Shown: piece after piece, positions 57,176 through 64,000 of the stretch
Position numbering within the stretch: the stretch's first letter is position 1
Layout: each line of letters begins with the position of its first letter
Origin: Vulcanimicrobiota bacterium
GTDB taxonomy: Bacteria > Vulcanimicrobiota > Vulcanimicrobiia > Vulcanimicrobiales > Vulcanimicrobiaceae
Reading direction: 5' to 3'
Assembly: GCA_003135555.1 (NCBI GenBank)
Contig: PLCF01000085.1
Span: 1 to 64,000 of the forward strand
DNA length: 64,000 nt
The notes under the pieces: generated by a model
The model's input: the letters and a program-made list of their open reading frames with translations, nothing else
The model's database searches: none
Told to the model about the DNA's origin: nothing
Program-made: the position numbers and the translations under genes

Positions 57176-57243
57176 GGTTACCGCGATTTCGCTGTCGACT
57201 CGGCGGGTTAGGATGATTTGACGGTTATTGTGATAGACCAACA
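57176..57243. repeat. Junction/end motif copy 1
   Basis: GGTTACCGCGATTTCG-N14-GGTTAGGATGATTTGACGGTTATTGTGATAGACCAACA. Confidence 0.88.
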
Positions 57244-57495
57244 TCCGGCACATGTTGCTATTGCGGCATGTGAGACCGGAGACGATGGGACGGGACTGAC
57301 CACGAACGTCCCTCCATTGCTGCATCCGACGCCGGCATACGTGGCGGAATAGCCGCCATGGGACTTGCTCTGCGCGCTAACGTGGTGCAGACATCCGTGA
57401 GAGTTTCCAAATAGAAATGAAGCCGAATCCAGGAGGGCCAGGCCGCGCCAAGGCGGATTCGAGGGAAGGCCTCGCCCGTTTTTGAATCACACGCC

Positions 57496-58410
57496 ATGCG
57501 CCGATGCTTTGTTCATGTTGGCACGCATAAGACCGGAACGACGTCCGTACAGGCCTTCCTGGCGATGAATCACAGAGCGTTGCTTTCGGCCGGGATTCTC
57601 GCGCCGTTGACCGGGCGCCCGAGTCACTTACCCGACTACCCAAACTTCGGTCATCACAACATTGCATGGGAATTGAACGAGGACCCTCGTTTCCGGCCCG
57701 AGTCGGGAACGTTGAACGAGCTCGTATCGGAGATAGCGCGTGTCGCGTCGCACACAGTAGTTTTGAGTTCGGAGGATTTTGAATACCTTCATGCAAAGCC
57801 GGCGGCCTTGCATGAGCTGGCTCGCGCGTTGTGCGATATTGGTTACGGAATTGAATTCATCGCGTACCTGCGTCCACAAGGTGAATACGCGCAATCGCTA
57901 TATCTTACGTTACTCCTGTTCGGCCTTAACCTGAGTTTTTCGGACTTTCTCGATATAGTACTTCAGCGTGGCGCCTTTACGTTTTCCGAACGTTGGATCT
58001 TCCAATTCGACTACACAAAACTGCTCGATGCTCTTGCTGATGTGGCCGGGCCTTCCGGCATGTCCGTGCGGCGCTATCGCCAGGACGCTGAAGCTAGTCT
58101 CCTACTCGCCGAGTTCGCTTCAATTGTGCAGACCCCAAGCGGAAAGGCGGCGTTCGACCAATTTAACCTGCCCGACCGAATGAATCGTAGAATATCGCTG
58201 GAAACCGCTTGCGAACTCTTAGTAGATAACCAAGATCCGTCGCACCATCGCGAAATACGGGAGGCGGCATCGCCGGGTTCATTTTGGAAAGCTGAGGACG
58301 GAGCCCGACTTCTCGCGCGATTTAGCGCGGAAAATGATGATCTCGCCAAAAAATATGCACTCCACCTTCCAGTCCTTGGTTCTGCCTTTAGCAATGAGCG
58401 TGCGCCTTAG
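57496..58410 (+). CDS. Sulfotransferase-like P-loop protein
   Basis: HVGTHKTGTTSVQ; VLSSEDF; YLRPQ...SLY; N-terminal pattern typical of sulfotransferase-fold proteins. Confidence 0.72.
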   Translation: MRRCFVHVGTHKTGTTSVQAFLAMNHRALLSAGILAPLTGRPSHLPDYPNFGHHNIAWELNEDPRFRPESGTLNELVSEIARVASHTVVLSSEDFEYLHAKPAALHELARALCDIGYGIEFIAYLRPQGEYAQSLYLTLLLFGLNLSFSDFLDIVLQRGAFTFSERWIFQFDYTKLLDALADVAGPSGMSVRRYRQDAEASLLLAEFASIVQTPSGKAAFDQFNLPDRMNRRISLETACELLVDNQDPSHHREIREAASPGSFWKAEDGARLLARFSAENDDLAKKYALHLPVLGSAFSNERAP

Positions 58411-59147
58411 CGAGGTTCTTTCCTCCAGTATACGGCGGTCCAATCAACGGTCTCTAGCGGCTCGCGAATCGCGTTTCTGTCCCGATAGTCCTCGACCGCT
58501 TTCGCGCACGAAGGAATCGCGCCGTAATCGTCGACGATACAATACCCTCCGGCACTCACTTTAGGGTACAGTGATTCGAGCGCAATCATCGTTGACTCAT
58601 ACATGTCTCCGTCTAGCCGCAGAAGCGCAAGTTGGCCCATTGGCGCGTCTGGAAGGGTGTCGCGAAACCAGCCTTCGAGAAACCGAACCCGCTCGTCGAG
58701 CAGGCCGTACCGATCAAAAGCCCGTTGCACCTCACCTAGCGGCACAGCAAGTGCTTCAAAGGTCTGCAGCGAATCGCCGGCATCCTCGGGATAACGAATC
58801 GCGTCGGGCGCCGGCAGTCCTGCAAAGGAATCTGCGACCCAAACATACCGGTCGGAAATGCCGTACGCTTGTAAAATGCCGCGCATGAGAATTGCCGCCC
58901 CACCTCGCCAAACGCCGGTCTCGATAAAGTCACCAGGGACTCCCCGACGCAGAGTATCTCGAGCGCAGAATTCCAAGTTATCGAGGCGTTTTGGGCCAAT
59001 CATGGTGTGAGCGCGAACGGGCCAGTGCGGGCCCCTAGGCGTACCGGTTACTAAGACTTCATGGGCGTCATAAATGATATCGAGCAACGATCGTTTCAGG
59101 AGATCGATGTAGAGGGTTACGAGTCGTTCATCGTCGGTGTAGCCCAT
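58407..59147 (-). CDS. TylF/MycF/NovP-family O-methyltransferase
   Basis: AHTMIG; VPGDFIETGVWRGG; VADSFAGLP; GWFRDTLP; LRLDGDMYEST; IVDDY. Confidence 0.93.
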   Translation of the reverse strand: MGYTDDERLVTLYIDLLKRSLLDIIYDAHEVLVTGTPRGPHWPVRAHTMIGPKRLDNLEFCARDTLRRGVPGDFIETGVWRGGAAILMRGILQAYGISDRYVWVADSFAGLPAPDAIRYPEDAGDSLQTFEALAVPLGEVQRAFDRYGLLDERVRFLEGWFRDTLPDAPMGQLALLRLDGDMYESTMIALESLYPKVSAGGYCIVDDYGAIPSCAKAVEDYRDRNAIREPLETVDWTAVYWRKEPR

Positions 59148-59269
59148 GGAGTCCCCGCGTATCGGTTCGCGTGAAATAGTGGATCACAATTCTGCGTTGG
59201 CCCCGAAGAGGGGTGCTGCCATCCGCCCTGCAGAGGTCAGCCTCATTGATTGTGGCCCACGATCGGGCA

Positions 59270-59337
59270 GGTTAGCGCGATTTCGCCAACGAGCATCTCG
59301 GTTAGGGTGATTTGCGGATTATTGTGATAGACCAACA
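59270..59337. repeat. Junction/end motif copy 2
   Basis: GGTTAGCGCGATTTCG-N14-GGTTAGGGTGATTTGCGGATTATTGTGATAGACCAACA. Confidence 0.88.
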
Positions 59338-59820
59338 TTACGTATCCGAGCATGCACATGCTTTATCCGGCGCGACGCAAACCTGGAAACCATCCGTCGC
59401 GGCGTCGAACTACGAACAGCCTCGTCCCTGAACGCTTTACCGTCGGCGAAATGCGGCTGACGGCGCGCTAGGGGCGACCACCGCAAGGCCGTAATTCGTT
59501 CTATCCAGAAAACTTTTTCGATGCTGCTCCAGTTCGTAATGGGCACGCTAGCCCGTTGAGGCAACGCGCACTTCAGGGTGCAACTATCAGGTCTTCGAAA
59601 ACAGCAGACGTGCGCGCTGCTTTATCACGATAACCCTCGTCGCGGTGACTTCGGGCGCTCATGTCGTGCGCCCGCGAAGTCGAACGCTCCTTAGCCGAAG
59701 GCCATTCGATGCACTTTCTGCATGAGGGCCGCATTGTCGAGCTACCGGCTTGCGCCGCGGGTCACCCGGCGGGCTGAGCTAAAGGCTCGACGAGCCGTCG
59801 GGCCGGTTTGGACACCGTTG

Positions 59821-59889
59821 GGTTCGGGCGATTTCGAGCTCGGCCCGCAGGGTTCGGGGGATTTGACCCCTTATCGTGATAGACCAACA
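59821..59889. repeat. Junction/end motif copy 3
   Basis: GGTTCGGGCGATTTCG-N14-GGTTCGGGGGATTTGACCCCTTATCGTGATAGACCAACA. Confidence 0.88.
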
Positions 59890-59932
59890 TCCGAGTTGCG
59901 CAGTGCGATCTTAGAGGGGTGTAGATACGCTT

Positions 59933-61417
59933 ATGGGGTACGCCGGGCCGATCACCAACATCATCGTCGTGATGCTCGAGAACCGCTCGTACGACAACGT
60001 TCTGGGGATGCTGTACGCGCCCGGGAACCCCGCACCGTACGACAGCGCGCCGGCCGGCCAGCTGACGCTGGACGGCCTCCCACCGGACGCGTCCAACGTG
60101 GACCCCGTCACGGGTCTCGCCCTTAACGCTTGGGGTGGTCCCGGCGACTCGCCGACGATCCCCGAGACCGACCCTGGCGAACCGTTCTACGACATGGCGC
60201 AACAGATCCAGGGCGCCGCATTCAAAGAGGACGACAACCCATATTCGTCGAGTGCGACCGCGCCCATGGGCGGCTTCGTGGCGAACTACCGCGCGCAGTT
60301 CGCGGGCGGGCAGACGGCTAGCTCCGCCGGGATCGGGAACGTGCAGAACGCCGTACGCGACGTCATGCATGTCTACACGCCCTGGCTCATGCCGGTAACG
60401 GCATACCTCGCGCGCAACTTCATGGTCTGCGATGCGTGGTTTGCTTCGGCGCCGACGCAGACGTTCGCGAACCGGATGTTCGCGCACTGCGCCACTCCCG
60501 GCGGGTCGAGTACCGAAAGCTTTCTCGACGACTCGCAGTATCTGTTGACCTGGGCGGCAGGCGGGTTTGGGGCGAACAACGTGTTCGCCCAACTCGACGC
60601 CGTGCTCGGCGTGGGTGCTAAGCCGAACTGGAAGGTCTACTTTCACGACTACTCGATCAGCATGGGCCTAGTAAAGTACGTCAACGCGGCCGCCACGAGT
60701 GCGAGCAACATCAATGTTGCCAGCTACGATCAGTCGGACTATCCCGATACGTCGTCCCTGTGGCCCGTCGGCGCGTGGCCCAACACGTTTCTGGCCGACC
60801 TCGCGAACGGGACGTCACCGCCGTACTCGTTCGTCGAGCCGCGCTACAGCAACAGCTATCAGGATCTGCTCGATTCGTCGAAGCACGCCGTTCCCGGCCT
60901 GGCACCGAATTCGAATCATCCGGGGCTGGCGAACTTCACGACGAACGCGCTCCCGAACAACCCGCCGATCAGCGTCGTCAACGGTGAGCTGTTTCTGCTC
61001 GGCCTGTACTCCGCACTGCTCGCGAGTCCGCTGTGGAAAAGCTCGCTGCTCGTCATCCTCTACGACGAGCACGGCGGATTGTACGACCACGTGTATCCGC
61101 CGAGCGTCGCGGCGGCGGCGAGCAGCGCGATCCCGCCCGCGTCGTCTTCCTATGGAAACTTCGCCTTCAACATCTACGGTGGGCGCGTGCCCGCGATCAT
61201 CGTCTCGCCGTTCGTGACGGCCGGGAGCAGGCTGGTCTCGTCGGGTGCCCCGTTCGACCACACGTCGATCATCCGAACCGTCTGGGACTGCTTCAATCTG
61301 GACCAAGGCACGCACGGCGCCGCTTCCATCAACGCGTGGGATCTAAACGCGCCATCGATTCTGACCAAGTGCTCCACGACGATCGTCAACAACCCGCCAA
61401 AACCGCCATCGCTCTGA
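59933..61417 (+). CDS. Phosphoesterase/phospholipase C family (alkaline phosphatase superfamily)
   Basis: IIVVMLENRSYDNVLG; CDAWFAS...TFANR; YDEHGGLYDHV; GGRVPAIIVSPF; FDHTSII. Confidence 0.92.
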   Translation: MGYAGPITNIIVVMLENRSYDNVLGMLYAPGNPAPYDSAPAGQLTLDGLPPDASNVDPVTGLALNAWGGPGDSPTIPETDPGEPFYDMAQQIQGAAFKEDDNPYSSSATAPMGGFVANYRAQFAGGQTASSAGIGNVQNAVRDVMHVYTPWLMPVTAYLARNFMVCDAWFASAPTQTFANRMFAHCATPGGSSTESFLDDSQYLLTWAAGGFGANNVFAQLDAVLGVGAKPNWKVYFHDYSISMGLVKYVNAAATSASNINVASYDQSDYPDTSSLWPVGAWPNTFLADLANGTSPPYSFVEPRYSNSYQDLLDSSKHAVPGLAPNSNHPGLANFTTNALPNNPPISVVNGELFLLGLYSALLASPLWKSSLLVILYDEHGGLYDHVYPPSVAAAASSAIPPASSSYGNFAFNIYGGRVPAIIVSPFVTAGSRLVSSGAPFDHTSIIRTVWDCFNLDQGTHGAASINAWDLNAPSILTKCSTTIVNNPPKPPSL

Positions 61418-61479
61418 CGCCGCACCGGAGGCTCCACCGGTTTCGATCATCGCAACGATTTGCGGGGGCCGCAGCTCGA

Positions 61480-62031
61480 CTACGTTTTCTTGCGCGTATA
61501 TTTGATCTCCACGCCCTTCCACTCCGGGACCGTGCCGAAGCTCAAGTAGCTCGACGCAATCATCGCGTTGGCCGAGATGGGTCCGATGACGGTGCGCTGG
61601 TGCCACGTGTCGGCGCCGATCGGGTAGTCCGCCTTCAGCTCGAACTGCTTCGTCGTCGCGTCGTAGCTGCCGGTCTCGGCGATGCGACTGGTGTTGGTGG
61701 TCGCGATGCGCGTAGCTTCGTACTGGTGCGTAGACGTATTGAAGCCGGTCCACGCGAGGGTCGTGAACGGCGTGCCGTTCAGCACGCCTTCGATCTTCTC
61801 TTCGACGAAGAGCCCGTCGAACAGCGGCCGGATCGTCGACGTGCCCTTGGTCAAAAGACCCGGGCCGCCGGGCCGAAACCAGAACGTCATTTCGACGTCC
61901 CAGGTGCCGACCATCGCGGCGAGGCGCGCATGCTCGGGGTCGGCCGGTGGGGCGGCGTTGGCGGTCGTCGCCGTCGCGATCGCGGTCGCGGCGACGAGTG
62001 CGGCAATCAACCAGACACGTGGACGGTTCAT
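61480..62031 (-). CDS. DUF1579-like secreted protein
   Basis: Signal peptide; PEHARLAAMVGTWDV; GLFVEE; EIKYTR. Confidence 0.78.
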   Translation of the reverse strand: MNRPRVWLIAALVAATAIATATTANAAPPADPEHARLAAMVGTWDVEMTFWFRPGGPGLLTKGTSTIRPLFDGLFVEEKIEGVLNGTPFTTLAWTGFNTSTHQYEATRIATTNTSRIAETGSYDATTKQFELKADYPIGADTWHQRTVIGPISANAMIASSYLSFGTVPEWKGVEIKYTRKKT

Positions 62032-62157
62032 CGGACAGCAACTCCTCAGGCCACACGAGCATGGGCGTCGACAAAGCTCTCGACGTACGCGTTTTCAACC
62101 GGCGTGCCCTGGCGCAGGGGCAAGGGAACCAGCGGCGTCCTCGATTAAGAGCCTGCC

Positions 62158-63933
62158 ATGAGGCGCGTTGCCTGGCGTCCGGTGCTGCTGGCGATTTGCG
62201 CGCTCGTGGCGCTCGTCCAAGTAGCATCCGTGCTCGACGTGATCGGGATGGGCGGCGCGCCGCCGTGGTGGGGCCGGCTGGGAGCTAGGATCGATGGCGC
62301 CGCGGGACCGGCGCATGTCGTGGTTCGCTCCGTCGAACCCGGGGGCCCGGCTGACCGTGCGGGCCTTCGTCGAGGCGATCTCATCGACATGCGCGCAAAC
62401 TCAGTTGTCGACCGTTTGGCGACGTTGAGTTTAGAGGCGCCGCTCAATGGGCGGCCGCTCGTCCTCGCGGTGCACCGGGGCTCGCTGCAAAAAGAGATTT
62501 CGCTCGTACCGGAGCCGGTTCCGGCTCAGCGATATTGGGACTTCTTGCTCGGTTCGCTGGGGAGCCTCTGGCTGCTGCTCTTTGCAGCTCTGATCGCGTG
62601 GCGCCGCGCCGACGTTCCCCAGATGCGACTGCTCTCGACGTGGTTAACCGTTTTTGTTCTCGTCGGCGCGACGACCGGTTTTGCGGCACCCTGGTCGTGG
62701 CCGTATGTCCTCTTCGGCGTCTTGAGCAGCCTAGCTTTGGCGTTGGTGCTCGCGCTGTGGGCGGCGTTCGCGAGCTGCTTCGCCCAGCCGCTCTCGCGGC
62801 CCCGTCGCATCGCGCAATGGCTGTGTTACGTGTTCGTCGCGATCTCGATCGCGAACTCGGGATTTTGGATTGCCGAAACGATCGACCCGCAGTTCCATCC
62901 GCTCCCGCCGACCCATGGGTTTGGGTGGCTCATTGCGTTTTTGGGCGCACTTGTGATGGCAGTGGTCTGCGGGGTGCTCGCAATTGCCGCATCCCGCGGA
63001 GTGGAGCGCCAGCGAGCGGTGTGGACGATCCTACCGCTAGCGGCCATCTATTGCTACTACACGGTGTTTGCGATTGCAACCTCGTCGTCGTCGTCATCCG
63101 CCGATTCCGATTTCTGGAGCATCGCGGCCAACCTGGTGATCCTCGTCGCTCCGCTCGCGCTGACGTACGCTGCACTCAGCCGCCGGCTGATCGACGTCGG
63201 TTTCTTCCTGAACCGCGCCGCCGTCTTCACCGTCGTTTCGACGATCGTGATCGGGACATTCGTGCTGGTCGAATGGGCTGCGAGCGAGTGGTTCGCACGT
63301 ACCGGTCGCACCGCCGGTACCGTCATCAGCATGGGCGTGGCGCTGGGCCTTGGATTCTCGATGCGCTACATCCACCGCTACGCCGATCGCTTCGTCGACC
63401 GCGTCTTCTTTCGAAAGCGGCATGAGGACGAAGCCGCGCTACGCCGCTTCGCGCACGAATCTTCCTATATCACCGACCGCTCCGTCTTGCTGCAGCGGGC
63501 GGTTCGTGAGGTCAAGGCACACACCGACGCCGCCGATGCGACGATCCTGGTCCAAAATGGAGAAGCGGTGTTTACGTCGGTCGCACAAACCGGCGCTGCT
63601 CTCACGAGCGCTAACGAGAACGACCCCGGCATCCTAGCCCTGCGCGCTTGGCACAAGCCGGTCGACCTGGGGTCGCTCGAGGATTCAGTGCTGCGCGGCG
63701 AGTTCGCTTTTCCGATGGTTTCGCGCGGCACGCTCGTGGGGGTCCTCATCTGTGAGGCAAAGCGCAACGGCGAAAGCTACGCACCCGATGAATCGGCGGC
63801 ACTGCTTGCGCTCGCACACGGCGTAGGCACGGCACTCGACGTCCTTTCCGCTCAACAAGACCGCCCCAACGAAGTCGTGCTCCGCGAGCTAGCCGAATTG
63901 CGTGAGGACGTGAAACGGATGATGCACAAGTGA
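62158..63933 (+). CDS. Membrane sensor-like protein: PDZ + multiple TM + GAF, no output domain
   Basis: VEPGGPADRAGLRRGD (PDZ); RRLIDVGFFLNRA; FPMVSRGTLVGVL...GESYAPDE. Confidence 0.8.
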   Translation: MRRVAWRPVLLAICALVALVQVASVLDVIGMGGAPPWWGRLGARIDGAAGPAHVVVRSVEPGGPADRAGLRRGDLIDMRANSVVDRLATLSLEAPLNGRPLVLAVHRGSLQKEISLVPEPVPAQRYWDFLLGSLGSLWLLLFAALIAWRRADVPQMRLLSTWLTVFVLVGATTGFAAPWSWPYVLFGVLSSLALALVLALWAAFASCFAQPLSRPRRIAQWLCYVFVAISIANSGFWIAETIDPQFHPLPPTHGFGWLIAFLGALVMAVVCGVLAIAASRGVERQRAVWTILPLAAIYCYYTVFAIATSSSSSSADSDFWSIAANLVILVAPLALTYAALSRRLIDVGFFLNRAAVFTVVSTIVIGTFVLVEWAASEWFARTGRTAGTVISMGVALGLGFSMRYIHRYADRFVDRVFFRKRHEDEAALRRFAHESSYITDRSVLLQRAVREVKAHTDAADATILVQNGEAVFTSVAQTGAALTSANENDPGILALRAWHKPVDLGSLEDSVLRGEFAFPMVSRGTLVGVLICEAKRNGESYAPDESAALLALAHGVGTALDVLSAQQDRPNEVVLRELAELREDVKRMMHK

Positions 63934-64000
63934 GGCGAAGCCGCATCCGCGGGATGACCGCTCATACCGCGGTCGTCCAAGCTGAGGGATTCTCGACGAG

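Noticed and set aside
57225..57244. TTATTGTGATAGACCAACAT as a dif site or CRP/FNR box
   Set aside because: No XerC/XerD arm pair around a 6-bp spacer, and the TGTGA half-site lacks a properly spaced TCACA.
57074..57325. Possible recombinase remnant ORF across junction 1
   Set aside because: No integrase or transposase motif is recognisable, and it reads through the repeat itself.
57176..59889. CRISPR array or integron attC interpretation of the three junction repeats
   Set aside because: Copies are ~2.1 kb and ~0.55 kb apart, lack the RYYYAAC...GTTRRRY palindromic fold, and no cas or intI gene is present.
53221..64000. Classical attR duplication of the tRNA-Val 3' half
   Set aside because: No repeat of TTCGAATCCGTCATCGCCCA was found downstream in this window; only the short CA(A)CATCCG similarity exists.

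Overview
High-GC bacterial chromosomal window. The gene repertoire and protein styles suggest Vulcanimicrobiota/Eremiobacterota, which is an inference. Bases 1-47 kb are mostly backbone: uvrA, ligA, nnr, acpS, birA, ndk, eno, tRNA-Ile2(CAU), tRNA-Glu and chemoreceptor genes. This part also holds a 13-kb catabolic operon (MarR-DctP fusion regulator, Liv-type ABC importer, hydantoinase/oxoprolinase A+B, DUF1445 protein, tcuAB), an atypical P450, REP-like repeats and a hicBA pair. Downstream of tRNA-Val(UAC) (53183-53254) the DNA becomes accessory-like. The most striking unannotated structure is there. An 8-bp-period ACATSCGR array abuts the tRNA 3' end, and three direct-orientation ~68-bp junctions follow (57176, 59270, 59821). 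Each junction has fixed-spacing GGTT-N5-GAT boxes, ends in TTATYGTGATAGACCAACAT and is followed by octamer-like sequence. The junctions split the island into modules of unrelated cargo, and no recombinase is visible in the window. This looks like a tRNA-anchored tandem cassette or transposon-end accretion array. Protein family calls come from motif recognition by eye, not from database searches.
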